Positions 1 to 12,254 of a stretch of 64,000 bases of DNA are shown in pieces. The stretch comes from Clostridiales bacterium (lineage in GTDB: Bacteria > Bacillota > Clostridia > Lachnospirales > Lachnospiraceae), in the NCBI GenBank assembly GCA_012523775.1, contig JAAYTK010000074.1:7055-71054 (forward strand), in the 5' to 3' direction. The stretch's first letter is position 1. Every line of letters begins with the position of its first letter. Below the pieces are notes generated by a model. It did not search any database. It had not been told where the DNA came from and worked only from the letters and a program-made list of their open reading frames with translations. A program made the translations under genes and the position numbers.

Positions 1-731
1 TGTAGCAACTCTACTGATTTGAATTCATGATTTAAATAATGATCCAAATAACGTTTGACACAGGCCTTAAGCTCATCAAGTACCTCCTTACTGACTCTGA
101 AGGTGTAGAGGTTAACCACATCCCTTGATATTATGTACTGCAGCGTATAAATTGAAGATGTACTTAATTTTACTGAGGCGTTATCATATGCCTGGCATTG
201 TTCACATAACAGTCCTCCGTGATTTACAGAAAACACATAGTTGTCCTTCTTCTTTTGACACTTAACACATTCGAAAACCTGAGGGGCAACTCCGCTTAAT
301 GCCATGATTTTAAATTCAAAAACCAGACGTATCAGAGAAAGCTCTATTGTTTTCTTTGCTACAGCCCTCAATGTCTGGTACAGCAACTTTAATATTTCCT
401 TCTCGTCATTATTTTCCTTGGTTATATAATCCACAAACTCACAGAAGTACAATCCATAATATACGCTGTCTATATCCTCACGAAGCTCCGAAAAATAATT
501 GGAAATCTCTGCAGATGTAATATTATACGATGATTTTCCGGCAAATAGAGTAAACTCTCCAAATGAGAAAGGTTGACTGCATGCCAATAAAGCGCTATTG
601 GGTCTCCTAGCGCCTTTGGCAAAAGCCGATATTTTCCCTAACTCTTTGGTTAATATAACTAAGCGTTTATCATAATCTCCAACCGGCATGGCTGATAGAA
701 CCATTCCCGTCACGATTGCTGATGCCGGCAC
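1..731 (-). CDS. recO: DNA repair protein RecO (3' end runs off the window; absent from ORF track)
   Basis: Manual translation from GTG at 731 (SD GAGGAAGGTGG upstream) gives ..VTGMVLSAMPVGDYDKRLVILTKELGKISAFAKGARRPNSALLACSQPFSFGEF.., a typical RecO N-terminus. It lies in the conserved position downstream of era. Confidence 0.92.
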   Translation of the reverse strand, partial: MPASAIVTGMVLSAMPVGDYDKRLVILTKELGKISAFAKGARRPNSALLACSQPFSFGEFTLFAGKSSYNITSAEISNYFSELREDIDSVYYGLYFCEFVDYITKENNDEKEILKLLYQTLRAVAKKTIELSLIRLVFEFKIMALSGVAPQVFECVKCQKKKDNYVFSVNHGGLLCEQCQAYDNASVKLSTSSIYTLQYIISRDVVNLYTFRVSKEVLDELKACVKRYLDHYLNHEFKSVELL

Positions 732-861
732 GAAAACCACCTTCCTCTTTACTGTTTACCATATCTTCCATACTCTCTTCCCTGGTGCATGCGATGTAAT
801 TTAGATAATCATCAATCTTACCTGATTTGATAAAATCTCTCCAATAATCATAATTCTTCAT
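670..861 (-). CDS. YqzL-like small protein
   Basis: MKNYDYWRDFIKSGKIDDYLNY resembles the W..F..TG.I..YL pattern of YqzL. It sits between era and recO as in other Firmicutes. Start moved to ATG 861 (SD-like AGGGGG). Confidence 0.6.
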   Translation of the reverse strand: MKNYDYWRDFIKSGKIDDYLNYIACTREESMEDMVNSKEEGGFRAGISNRDGNGSISHAGWRL

Positions 862-942
862 AAATGAGCCCCCTAACCATAATAGATAGTATAATAAAAT
901 ATCTATCATTTATTTTTCCCATCTAGTATCTTTCTAAACTGG

Positions 943-1905
943 TTAGAATATCCCATTTGTGTTTTTATGGTTATTATATCCATAATTTTTTAACAGAAAA
1001 TCACTATCTCTCCAGTCCTTTTTTACCTTAACCCAAAGTTGTAGATTTACCTGACAGTCTAATAGGTTCTCGATTTCACTTCTGGCCTGGGAACCTATCT
1101 TTTTAAGCATTGAACCTCCCTTGCCGATAATAATTCCCTTGTGACTATCTCTCTCACAGATAATTGTTGCATGTATATCCATGATTCCTGTACGGGCCTC
1201 ATCATTTGTCGGATTAACATCGTGTACCTGGTCTTCCCGCTCCTTCATCCTGTCAATACTGACAGCAATACCATGAGGTATTTCTTCCTGAAGGAATCTT
1301 AAGGCCTTTTCCCGAATAAGCTCTGCTACAATCTGTCTTTCGGGCTGATCCGTAATGGTTTCTTCATCATAATACTGTGGCCCAAACGGCAGATAATTAA
1401 ATATTATCTTAACTAACTCCTTGGTGTTTTCTCCCTTAAGAGCCGAAACGGGTATGATTTCGGCAAAATTAAGAATATCCTTATATGCATTGATTATGGT
1501 TAATAGCTCACTTTTATTAACCATGTCGATCTTATTGATTACCAGAATAACCGGCGTTTTAACTTTCTTAAGCTTCTCGGCAATATGTCTTTCTCCTGCA
1601 CCGATAAATGTACTGGGTTCAACCAGCCATAATATGACATCTACTTCCCCTAATGTTCTTTCGGCTACATTCACCATATACTGCCCGAGCTTATTTTTAG
1701 CCTTGTGGATTCCGGGAGTATCGATAAAAATTATCTGACCTCTTTCGTCGGTAAAAACAGTCTGTATCCTGTTTCTGGTTGTTTGCGGTTTATTGGATGT
1801 TATGGCAATCTTTTGTCCAATAAGATGATTCATCAGGGTGGATTTACCGACATTAGGTCTACCGATTAATGTAACAAACCCTGATTTTTTCTTGTTCTCG
1901 TACAT
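943..1905 (-). CDS. era: GTPase Era
   Basis: GRPNVGKSTL, QTTR, DTPG and NKID motifs, plus a C-terminal KH domain (IIIGKGGSMLKKIG; LWVKVKKDWR). Confidence 0.98.
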   Translation of the reverse strand: MYENKKKSGFVTLIGRPNVGKSTLMNHLIGQKIAITSNKPQTTRNRIQTVFTDERGQIIFIDTPGIHKAKNKLGQYMVNVAERTLGEVDVILWLVEPSTFIGAGERHIAEKLKKVKTPVILVINKIDMVNKSELLTIINAYKDILNFAEIIPVSALKGENTKELVKIIFNYLPFGPQYYDEETITDQPERQIVAELIREKALRFLQEEIPHGIAVSIDRMKEREDQVHDVNPTNDEARTGIMDIHATIICERDSHKGIIIGKGGSMLKKIGSQARSEIENLLDCQVNLQLWVKVKKDWRDSDFLLKNYGYNNHKNTNGIF

Positions 1906-1950
1906 AATCTCCTCATTTCCTGTATATTAACAAAATTAGTTTTATTATAT

Positions 1951-4887
1951 CTACATTAAGTTCTTAACTTCCTTGAACAGATCTCTGTCCTCTTCAATCT
2001 TATTCTCATTTCCAATAACACAGATATTGCCCTCATTAAGAACTGACCGAATCAGGCCATGCAGAGCGCGGATATCTTCTTGAGTCACATTTATAATTTC
2101 CTCCCTTTCCCGCTTCAGGTCCTCGTAGGTTATGCCTGCCAAAAACATACTTAATGACCTGGCACCCACTGTTTGAGGAGTCAGGGGAATATCAAGGGTA
2201 CTGATGGTGCTTATTATGCTCTTTGTTATATCCCTGTCATTCGCCACATAATGCTTAATAAATTCGGGAATATTCTCGTATGTCTCATTAGTGCTTCTTA
2301 AACCCGGATCACGATAGGAGGTAAAATACACATCTCCGTCAACTCCGGAAAATCCACACATGCATCCATATGCTCCACCCTTTACTCTTACATTATGCCA
2401 TAGATAATCATAGCTTAATATCGTACGAAGAACCTTTAGTGCACCGGTGTATTCATATCCGGCTTTAAAGTAATTACCGGCTCGTGCAACATACTGTACC
2501 TGCATGGCAGCCTTAAAGCCCTCGTTAAGGCATTTTGGTGCCAGAGGCATCCTGTCATAGCCAGCCAGTAGCCTTTCTGAAGCGCTTTTACGTATGACCT
2601 GAATGAATGAAGAATAGCTCTTCATACACATTTCATAGCCTCTTTTATCAGCCGTAACGCTTACCAAAAGCTTATCCTTAGTAAATATAAGTTCCATTAG
2701 CGTCTTAAGCTTAGATATAATTTCATCCTTCAGTTCCCCATAATTGGTACTTATATTCTCAAGGAACTGATAGAAGGATATTCCCTGAGTAGCCTCTTTA
2801 AACATACCATGCTTAGAATAATAGGACATGGCTCTTGTTACAGCTATCGAATGAGTAGAGGAAAGAAATATCATCTGCAACCTCGACTTCATTTCATCAA
2901 TTATTTCCTTAAGCCTTTTATAGTCCTTAATCTGTGTATGATTAATAACCTCCTCGATAAGTCTGTATGCCTCAGGAAGCTTATCATACATAACCTTGGT
3001 TCGGATTTCATACATGGGCAAATAGTCACCGGTGTTGCTCTTAACCGAAAAGCTTATTACATTATGATCAATCCCTCCTGTATAGAGGTTGACTTCATTG
3101 GAGTACTCCAAATAACTGTAATTATCCGTATCCACATTTCCCACTACCAGTGATAATAGGGACAGATAAGGAATCAACTCCTTGGGTACGTCCTTAACAT
3201 CAAACAAAAGCCTTAAATATACAATTTCATTGGTAAACACATCATGATGAATAACTCTGGTTCCATCTACATTCATCTCTTCATTATATAAAGGCTGCGG
3301 ATCAGACCCGATATCGTCTCTCGTTAACATGGGGATCGAGTCTATCTCCTCCTGAGTGGATGGAGTCTCCTGATATAATTTTAAATTCTTGGTTTCCTCG
3401 ACTATAGTCCTAAGCTCATCCCCTGAAAGGGTATCCTTATATGCAGAAAGACTTTCTTTCAGCTTCATCTCATTGATTCCGTTAAGTCCTGCCTTAGGCT
3501 TTAAGATAACAAGAGATTTATGGTTATTGTTCAGTAAATGGTCACTTATTAACTTCTCAAAATATCTGCTGCTTATATTCTGTCTCAGCTTTTCAAAAAG
3601 CACGCCATCCTTGAGATACTGAAACGGTTCATCATCATTATATATCCAGCTTCTCATAACTCTAAGACCATATACTAATCCCTTCGGTGTACTACCATAA
3701 TCTGCTTCCCGATATTTGAATTCAAATAGATTTATTGCACCATTTAAGGTTCTTTCGTTTAATCCTTCATTCACAAGCTCAGATAAAGCATCGTGTATCA
3801 CCGACAGGAACTTCTCTTTCCTGTCTTCTTCAGAATTCTTGGCTATTATAGATAACATGGGTTGAAGATTTTCAACACTCAGGTGGCTTAAGATATCCTT
3901 ACCTATACCCGCATCCAATAAGGCCTGCTTTACAGGTGCACCGGGTATATCAAAAAGAATATAATCAAGTATCTGTAAACCCAGGATGAGTTCATTGGAC
4001 GTCGAGCCGCCTACGGCTATATTCAGACTCAGGTAGGTGTTCTCCTCATGAACATCCTCTTCTCCCAATGAATAGTATGTGTCAACTTCCTTAAGAGCAT
4101 CGAATCCTTTCTGGACTGTGATCTCCGAATCCACCTTCATATAATCAAAATGAGACAGATATTCCTTATCAAGCCATATAAGCCTTTCCTCAAAATCCAT
4201 GTCACCATATAAGTATATATAGCTGTTTGACGGATGATAATAGGTTCTGTGAAATTCTAAAAATTCCTCATAAGAAAGCTCAGGTATATAATCCGGATCT
4301 CCGCCGGATTCCACCCCGTAGCATGTATCCTGAAAAAGTGTATTCTGGTTCATCCTTACAAGCTGTTGTTCAGGAGATGAGAAGACACCCTTCATTTCAT
4401 TATAGACCACTCCGTTTATTTTTAGCTCATCAGCTTCATTTTCAAGAGAATAATGCCATGCCTCCTGATTAAAGATTTCCTTCCTGTTATATATTATGGG
4501 ATATAATACTGCATCCATATATACATGCATCAGGTTTTTGAAATCCTGGTTGTTCTGACTGGCCACAGGATACACAGTCCTATCAGGATAGGTAGCGGCA
4601 TTCAGATAGGTGTTCAGAGAACTACCGGCAAGCTCTACAAACGTGTTCTTTGCAGGAAAGTTTTTTGAGCCACATAAAACAGAATGCTCTATTATATGTG
4701 CCACACCGGTACTATCCTTTGGAGGTGTTCTAAACCCAATGCAAAATACCTTATTAGTATCTTCGTTTTTTATCAGAGCTAATCTTGCGCCTGACTTAAT
4801 ATGCACAAGATTTACTCCAAATCCATTTATATCATTCAATTTCTCCTCATGAACCAATCTGTACTGAGGCGGTAAATTTATCTTCAT
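1951..4887 (-). CDS. Insulinase family (M16C, presequence protease-like) zinc metallopeptidase
   Basis: Inverted zinc motif HIIEH in DSTGVAHIIEHSVLCGS, plus GVVYNEMKG and VRVKGGAYG. Start set at ATG 4887 (SD GGAGGAG). Confidence 0.9.
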   Translation of the reverse strand: MKINLPPQYRLVHEEKLNDINGFGVNLVHIKSGARLALIKNEDTNKVFCIGFRTPPKDSTGVAHIIEHSVLCGSKNFPAKNTFVELAGSSLNTYLNAATYPDRTVYPVASQNNQDFKNLMHVYMDAVLYPIIYNRKEIFNQEAWHYSLENEADELKINGVVYNEMKGVFSSPEQQLVRMNQNTLFQDTCYGVESGGDPDYIPELSYEEFLEFHRTYYHPSNSYIYLYGDMDFEERLIWLDKEYLSHFDYMKVDSEITVQKGFDALKEVDTYYSLGEEDVHEENTYLSLNIAVGGSTSNELILGLQILDYILFDIPGAPVKQALLDAGIGKDILSHLSVENLQPMLSIIAKNSEEDRKEKFLSVIHDALSELVNEGLNERTLNGAINLFEFKYREADYGSTPKGLVYGLRVMRSWIYNDDEPFQYLKDGVLFEKLRQNISSRYFEKLISDHLLNNNHKSLVILKPKAGLNGINEMKLKESLSAYKDTLSGDELRTIVEETKNLKLYQETPSTQEEIDSIPMLTRDDIGSDPQPLYNEEMNVDGTRVIHHDVFTNEIVYLRLLFDVKDVPKELIPYLSLLSLVVGNVDTDNYSYLEYSNEVNLYTGGIDHNVISFSVKSNTGDYLPMYEIRTKVMYDKLPEAYRLIEEVINHTQIKDYKRLKEIIDEMKSRLQMIFLSSTHSIAVTRAMSYYSKHGMFKEATQGISFYQFLENISTNYGELKDEIISKLKTLMELIFTKDKLLVSVTADKRGYEMCMKSYSSFIQVIRKSASERLLAGYDRMPLAPKCLNEGFKAAMQVQYVARAGNYFKAGYEYTGALKVLRTILSYDYLWHNVRVKGGAYGCMCGFSGVDGDVYFTSYRDPGLRSTNETYENIPEFIKHYVANDRDITKSIISTISTLDIPLTPQTVGARSLSMFLAGITYEDLKREREEIINVTQEDIRALHGLIRSVLNEGNICVIGNENKIEEDRDLFKEVKNLM

Positions 4888-5070
4888 TGCTCTCCTCCAT
4901 TTCAAACAATTCAGTTATAATAAGTATGGCAATTTCTAGTAATGGCTTATTCATAATAACATAAATTATTTTATTTGTCATTGTATATACTCTTAAATTT
5001 TAATAAACATAATAAGCCAAATTATCCTTAAAAACATTAAGAAAATATTACATTTTACAGCAAGGAACGT

Positions 5071-5099
5071 TTGACTTTTAGGTGGACTTGTGGTAAGTT
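5071..5099 (+). promoter_or_regulatory. Candidate sigma-A promoter for cold-shock gene
   Basis: TTGACT-17 nt-TAAGTT with an extended -10 TG, about 60 nt upstream of the ATG. Confidence 0.45.
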
Positions 5100-5162
5100 T
5101 AGTCTATCATTACCGATTACGGTAAAACTAATTTTATTCATATTCTTAGGAGGCATTTTTTT

Positions 5163-5363
5163 ATGAAAAAGGGTACAGTAAAATGGTTTAACGCAAAAAA
5201 GGGGTTTGGATTTATATCCGATGAAGAGGGTAACGATGTTTTCGTTCATTTCTCTGCACTACTTATGGATGGATTTAAGGTTCTTGAAGAAGGCGACAGC
5301 GTAGAGTTTGAAGTAGTCGAAGGAGAAAAAGGCCCTCAAGCTGCTAATGTAACAAAGTTATAA
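5163..5363 (+). CDS. cspA: Cold-shock protein (CspA family)
   Basis: [24 protein letters not shown] and GPQAANV; 66 aa; SD AGGAGG. Confidence 0.97.
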   Translation: MKKGTVKWFNAKKGFGFISDEEGNDVFVHFSALLMDGFKVLEEGDSVEFEVVEGEKGPQAANVTKL

Positions 5364-5441
5364 TCAAGAATACTTAATGTAATTTTTATATATATGTCAA
5401 CATATTTTAAAAGTTATATGTAGAATGGTTGTAACAGCAAT

Positions 5442-5484
5442 AAAGCGATACGAATTACTAATAAGTAATTTATATCGCTTTTTA
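5442..5484. terminator. Probable bidirectional intrinsic terminator (cspA / purH)
   Basis: Inverted repeat AAAGCGATA..AATTACT/AGTAATT..TATCGCTTT with a T-tract, between convergent genes. Confidence 0.65.
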
Positions 5485-5522
5485 TATTTTATATAAATAT
5501 ATGCAGACTCATATTGCAGCTT

Positions 5523-7076
5523 CTAGTGCTTGAAATGTCTCATTCCTGTAAATATCATGGCTATTCCGTACTCATTACATTTTTTTATGGAATCCTCATC
5601 CCTTATTGAGCCTCCCGGTTGAATAATAGCCGTAATTCCCGCCTGATGAGCGGCTTCCACGCAGTCATCAAAGGGGAAGAATGCATCTGAAGCAAGTACC
5701 GCTCCCTTTGTGGCATCCTCACTGATTAATTCAGCCGCATGCTCGATGGACTGCTTCGTTGCCCATACACGATTTACCTGTCCGGGGCCTATACCTACGG
5801 TCTGTAAATTCTTTGCAAGAGCTATTCCGTTAGATTTAACGAATTTAACAACTCTCCATGCAAAGAGAAGATCCTCCATTTCCTTATCAGTGGGAGCACG
5901 GTCTGTTACGACTCTTAGCTTATCTTCCTCCAGTAGCTTACTGTCAATTGTCTGAACGATAAGACCTCCGTTTACCTTCTTTAAGTCATATGCATTCTCA
6001 TCCTGAGGCTTCTCTATGTCAGACAACTGCAATATCCTAACGTTCTTCTTAGTCTTAAGCAGCTTTAAGGCATCCTCATTATATGAGGGAGCCACTACCA
6101 CCTCAAGGAATATATCATTCATTTCCTTTGCTATCTCGAGTGTTACCTCTTGATTTAATACAACTATACCACCAAAAATTGATACCTTGTCTGCCTCAAA
6201 GGCTTTCCTCCATGCATCGTATATATTATCGGCACTTCCTACTCCACAAGGATTTCCATGCTTACATGCTACAACCGTGGGCTTACTAAACTCCTTTAAC
6301 AACTCGAGTGCTCCATTAGTATCATTAATGTTATTAAAGGATAATTCCTTACCGTTTAGCTGGTTGGCATCTGTGATGGCGCCTTTTCTTTTTCCTATCT
6401 CCCTATAAAATGCCGCGGCTTGATGAGGGTTCTCGCCATATCTCATATCCTGAACCTTTTCAAAGGTCATAGTCAGTGTCTCAGGTAAAGAATTGTCATT
6501 TCTCTCATTCTTAAGATAATCCGCTATTAAAGCATCATATGCTGAGGTATGCATAAATACCTTATGCATCAGATAGAACTTAGTGTCTATGGTTACCTCT
6601 TTGTACTCCTTAAGCTCAGATAGTACTCTGTCATAATCCCGAGGATCAACAACCACCGCCACATCCTGATAATTCTTAGCTGCGGAGCGTAGCATGGTTG
6701 GGCCTCCTATATCTATATTCTCCACTGCTTCTGCTCTGGTAACACCATCCTTAAGTATGGTGGCCTTGAATGGGTAAAGATTAACGATAACAAGGTCAAT
6801 CGGTTCTATATTAAGGTCAGCAAGCTGTTTCATGTGGGAAGGATTGCTTCTCATGGCCAGTAATCCTGCATGTATCACAGGATGCAAGGTCTTTACACGG
6901 CCATCCAAGCATTCGGGAAATCCCGTGAGCTCCGACACCTCTATTGCCGGAATATTGGCTTCCTTAAGCTTCTTATAGGTTCCGCCTGTAGAAATAATCT
7001 CAATTCCAAGGGATACAAGCTCCTTGGCAAATTCTACAATACCACTCTTATCCGATACACTGATTAATGCTCTCAT
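5523..7076 (-). CDS. purH: Bifunctional AICAR transformylase / IMP cyclohydrolase
   Basis: [42 protein letters not shown] and SDAFFPF motifs. Confidence 0.98.
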   Translation of the reverse strand: MRALISVSDKSGIVEFAKELVSLGIEIISTGGTYKKLKEANIPAIEVSELTGFPECLDGRVKTLHPVIHAGLLAMRSNPSHMKQLADLNIEPIDLVIVNLYPFKATILKDGVTRAEAVENIDIGGPTMLRSAAKNYQDVAVVVDPRDYDRVLSELKEYKEVTIDTKFYLMHKVFMHTSAYDALIADYLKNERNDNSLPETLTMTFEKVQDMRYGENPHQAAAFYREIGKRKGAITDANQLNGKELSFNNINDTNGALELLKEFSKPTVVACKHGNPCGVGSADNIYDAWRKAFEADKVSIFGGIVVLNQEVTLEIAKEMNDIFLEVVVAPSYNEDALKLLKTKKNVRILQLSDIEKPQDENAYDLKKVNGGLIVQTIDSKLLEEDKLRVVTDRAPTDKEMEDLLFAWRVVKFVKSNGIALAKNLQTVGIGPGQVNRVWATKQSIEHAAELISEDATKGAVLASDAFFPFDDCVEAAHQAGITAIIQPGGSIRDEDSIKKCNEYGIAMIFTGMRHFKH

Positions 7077-7249
7077 GCCTACACTCCTTTTTATTTTCTA
7101 TAAAAATATTAACCCACTTGGAATTGAAATACAATTCATAATTTCTAATCATTCTTATTATGTCTGCTTATCATTAGCATTGGTTATCAGTTGCAAACAA
7201 ACTGAAAGTATACTATAATTCCTATGAAATTGAACGGAGGGAGAAGGCT

Positions 7250-7930
7250 ATGAGAAAATTTAGGCGTTTCAAAATAACTGACTTTTTAATCGGTATCGTT
7301 TTTACCCTTCTATTTATATCACTCGGGGTAATCTTTACCGTTAATTTCAGGCCTCTATATTATATGGATGTAAAATTGCTGAATATACCCGAATCCTCAG
7401 GATACTCAAGGGAAGAAATTATCGAAAACTATAATGCATTGATAGATTACTCATCACCATTTTATAAAGGTGATCTTTCCTTCCCGACACTAGATGCATC
7501 CCCATCGGGACTACAGCATTTTAAAGAGGTTAAGGATATTTTTATAGCTTTCTATGTTCTCGGAGCCGCTACCTTAATCACTGCTGTGATAATTATTATC
7601 TACAAATCCAAGAAGGGTAATTATAGTTATTTAGCCGTATCCTCTTTGACCGCGGTTATACTGCCGGTATTAGTCGGAATCCTGCTGGCCTTAGACTTTG
7701 ATGCTTCATTTAGGATATTCCATAAGATATTTTTCAACAACGATTATTGGATTTTTGATCCGAGTACCGATCCGGTAATTAATATCCTACCTGCCACCTT
7801 TTTCTTGCATTGTGCTATTCTGATCATTGCATTTATTCTGGTAAGCAGTTTGATAACATACCTGATATATCTGTATCACAAACGACGCTCAGGAATCAGG
7901 TATCGCAAAAATCCCGGTATTAAGATATAA
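7250..7930 (+). CDS. TIGR01906/DUF1461 membrane protein, lipoprotein intramolecular transacylase (Lit)-like
   Basis: Four hydrophobic segments, with QHFKEVK and FRIFHKIFFNNDYWIFDPSTDPVINILP carrying the two conserved His typical of the family. Confidence 0.75.
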   Translation: MRKFRRFKITDFLIGIVFTLLFISLGVIFTVNFRPLYYMDVKLLNIPESSGYSREEIIENYNALIDYSSPFYKGDLSFPTLDASPSGLQHFKEVKDIFIAFYVLGAATLITAVIIIIYKSKKGNYSYLAVSSLTAVILPVLVGILLALDFDASFRIFHKIFFNNDYWIFDPSTDPVINILPATFFLHCAILIIAFILVSSLITYLIYLYHKRRSGIRYRKNPGIKI

Positions 7931-8025
7931 TTATTATTTGAATTACGGTTAATTCATATTATAATTAATAAATAATATACACAAGCTTTTAGATAGCTAA
8001 ATATATATAAGGATGGAGAAATAAA

Positions 8026-9453
8026 ATGAGAAAAACGAAGATTATATGCACTCTTGGTCCGTCGACCGATAACGATGATATCCTGAAGGAAATGATACGA
8101 TTGGGAATGGATGTTGCGAGATTTAACTTTTCCCACGGCGACCATAATGAGCATTTAGGTAGATTGAGAAAGATTGAACAGTTCCGAGACGAATTGAAGA
8201 TTCCTGTGGCTACGCTAATGGATACCAAGGGACCCGAGATACGTATTGGAACATTTAAGGATGATCAAAAAATAAAGCTTAAGACAGGACAGCAGTTTAT
8301 TTTAACCACACGGGATGTGGAGGGGGATGAGACACAGGTTTCGGTCAGCTACCCCAATCTGGTTTATGATGTGGACCCCGGTTCAAAGATTTTAATTGAT
8401 GACGGACTTATTGAGATGACCGTCACCGAAGTAACTGCTACGGATATAATCTGCAGGGTCAAGAACAACGGAGTAATCTCAAATAGGAAAGGAGTCAATG
8501 TCCCCGGTGCGCATCTGTCAATGCCATATTTAAGCGAAAGGGACCGTTCGGATATACTGTTTGCAATAGAGCATAAATTTGATTTTATAGCCGCATCATT
8601 TGTGCGAACGGCAGAAGATGTTCTGGAAATAAGAAAAATGCTTAATAAGCATCAGTCTCAGACTAAATTAATAGCTAAAATCGAGAATTTACAGGGTGTC
8701 AATAATATCGATGAAATTATTGAGGTATCAGACGGCATTATGATTGCCAGGGGCGACATGGGCGTAGAAATCCCCTTCGAAGAATTGCCTGCACTCCAAA
8801 AGATAATTATAAAGAAAGTATATAACAGCGGTAAACAGGTTATAACGGCTACACAGATGCTTGATTCCATGTTAAAGAATCCCAGACCTACTCGGGCTGA
8901 GATTACAGACGTGGCCAATGCCATATATGACGGTACCAGTGCCATTATGCTCTCAGGGGAGACCGCCGCCGGAGATTATCCTTTGGAATCCCTACGTACT
9001 ATGATAAAGATTACTATACGAACGGAATCAGATATCGATTACGAGAAAAGATTTATTCAACGGGAGCATATTGATGAATTGGATGTAACAAACGCCATAT
9101 CCCGTGCTACCGTCACAATCGCCCATGACCTTAAGGCTAAAATGATTGTAACAGTCACTACATCAGGCAAGACTGCCCGTATGATTTCACGTTTTCGTCC
9201 AAAATGTCATATAATGGGGTGTACGACAGACCCTGTCGTATGCAGACAATTGAATATGGCTTGGGGTATCAAACCACTCCTTATTGCAGTTGAACATGAT
9301 ACCTTCGAACTATTTGACCATGCACTGGAGGCCGTAGTAAATGCCGGTTATATGAAGGATGGAGACCTTGCGGTTATGACAGCGGGTGTTCCTCTCGGAA
9401 TTACAGGCTCTACCAATATGATAAAGGTACAGACTGCCGGACAGATTGAATAA
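8026..9453 (+). CDS. pyk: Pyruvate kinase
   Basis: RKTKIICTLGP, RFNFSHG, AKIEN, IARGDMGVE, TATQMLDSM and MLSGETA motifs. Confidence 0.98.
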   Translation: MRKTKIICTLGPSTDNDDILKEMIRLGMDVARFNFSHGDHNEHLGRLRKIEQFRDELKIPVATLMDTKGPEIRIGTFKDDQKIKLKTGQQFILTTRDVEGDETQVSVSYPNLVYDVDPGSKILIDDGLIEMTVTEVTATDIICRVKNNGVISNRKGVNVPGAHLSMPYLSERDRSDILFAIEHKFDFIAASFVRTAEDVLEIRKMLNKHQSQTKLIAKIENLQGVNNIDEIIEVSDGIMIARGDMGVEIPFEELPALQKIIIKKVYNSGKQVITATQMLDSMLKNPRPTRAEITDVANAIYDGTSAIMLSGETAAGDYPLESLRTMIKITIRTESDIDYEKRFIQREHIDELDVTNAISRATVTIAHDLKAKMIVTVTTSGKTARMISRFRPKCHIMGCTTDPVVCRQLNMAWGIKPLLIAVEHDTFELFDHALEAVVNAGYMKDGDLAVMTAGVPLGITGSTNMIKVQTAGQIE

Positions 9454-9467
9454 GGGGGAGTCCACAA

Positions 9468-9947
9468 ATGAAGAAAACAGATTATATCAAATGGGATGAA
9501 TATTTTATGGGAATAGCTCTTTTGTCCACCGAGCGCAGTAAGGACCCCAACACAAGCGTAGGGGCATGTATAGTCAGTGAGGACAATAAGATTCTGTCTG
9601 TCGGCTATAACGGTATGCCTATTGGATGCTCCGATGATGATTTTCCATGGAGTAGAGAAGGAGAACCTCTGGATACCAAATATCTGTATGTCTGTCATGC
9701 CGAGCTTAATGCGATATTAAATTATACGGGAAATAATATTAAAGGGGCAAAAATCTACACCACCTTATTTCCCTGTAATGAATGTACGAAAGCCATTATA
9801 CAGAAGGGCATTAAAGAAATAATATATAAGAGTGATAAATATGCCGATAGTGATACGGTAATAGCATCAAAAAAGATGTTGGATGCGGCAGGCGTAGCCT
9901 ATAGGCAGTATAAACCAATAGGCAGAGACATCACTCTATCACTTTAA
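9468..9947 (+). CDS. dCMP deaminase (ComEB/DCTD family)
   Basis: WDEYFM, RSKDP, VGYNG, HAE and PCNEC zinc motifs. Confidence 0.93.
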   Translation: MKKTDYIKWDEYFMGIALLSTERSKDPNTSVGACIVSEDNKILSVGYNGMPIGCSDDDFPWSREGEPLDTKYLYVCHAELNAILNYTGNNIKGAKIYTTLFPCNECTKAIIQKGIKEIIYKSDKYADSDTVIASKKMLDAAGVAYRQYKPIGRDITLSL

Positions 9948-9968
9948 GAATATTTACTTCACAATTAT

Positions 9969-10025
9969 AAAAACCACCTTCCTGATAAGAATAATAATTA
10001 TTTCTTACCATGAAGGTGGTTTTTT
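9969..10025. terminator. Probable bidirectional terminator (dCMP deaminase / guaB)
   Basis: AAAACCACCTTC...GAAGGTGGTTTTTT inverted repeat flanked by A- and T-tracts. Confidence 0.7.
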
Positions 10026-10095
10026 ACCTGAGATACATACTATTTAATACTGCCTAAATATGACTCTTAATATATTTTCAACCGTAACTTTATTC

Positions 10096-11634
<1,539 letters not shown>

Positions 11635-11662
11635 TTATTTTAGTATTGTCAACATCAATACT

Positions 11663-11695
11663 AAAAAGAAGTTGTCGCATACTCACAACAACTTC
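11663..11695 (-). terminator. Intrinsic terminator after DUF6106-like gene
   Basis: Minus strand GAAGTTGTTG-loop-CGACAACTTC-TTTTT. Confidence 0.65.
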
Positions 11696-11711
11696 ATTTC
11701 TAACAATTTAT

Positions 11712-12209
11712 TTAATACGTGGTTATTTTCCTGGGACTTTTCTGCTTAATCATGTTAACCATTTTTTCGCTCGGCTCGAATAGAATTTTTACTTTACTGT
11801 TTTCAACACTGGCAATAATAACATATGGCTTACTGTCCTTACTGCGGGAAGAAAAGTCCTTCTTTTCCAACTGAATATGATTATAGCTATCTAAGGCAGC
11901 AGAATTAATCGGAGCCATTATTTCAACCTGATCAAAGTCAATTCTAAGCATGGTCTTACGCTTTGAATTACCGGTTATTCTGTCAAAATCAATCTGACCG
12001 TCTACAAACACATATTCATACTCTACACTTAATTTAGGAAAGAAGAAAAATACCAGAACTATAATAACTACTCCCAGATAACCAAAGAGCTGACCAAATA
12101 ATATCAAAAACAGGCCCAATAGTACGCCTATAAGCATTAATGCTTTTAGAGCCATGGAGGCCGCTGTATCCTTTCTCTTAACTCCCGCTTCCGCATATAG
12201 CTGATTCAT
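11712..12209 (-). CDS. DUF6106-like membrane-anchored protein
   Basis: Two TM segments followed by EYEYVFVDGQIDFDRITGNSKRK. Start may be ATG 12209 or GTG 12230. Confidence 0.6.
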   Translation of the reverse strand: MNQLYAEAGVKRKDTAASMALKALMLIGVLLGLFLILFGQLFGYLGVVIIVLVFFFFPKLSVEYEYVFVDGQIDFDRITGNSKRKTMLRIDFDQVEIMAPINSAALDSYNHIQLEKKDFSSRSKDSKPYVIIASVENSKVKILFEPSEKMVNMIKQKSPRKITTY

Positions 12210-12254
12210 CTTAACACCCGTACCTTTCACATGAATTATTTATAATTATAATAC

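Noticed and set aside
5055-5249. 64-aa minus-strand ORF overlapping cspA
   Set aside because: It is antisense to a clear csp gene and has no SD or recognisable motif.
7077-7249. Possible ZTP (pfl) riboswitch upstream of purH
   Set aside because: None of the conserved GC-rich elements are present; the region is AT-rich.
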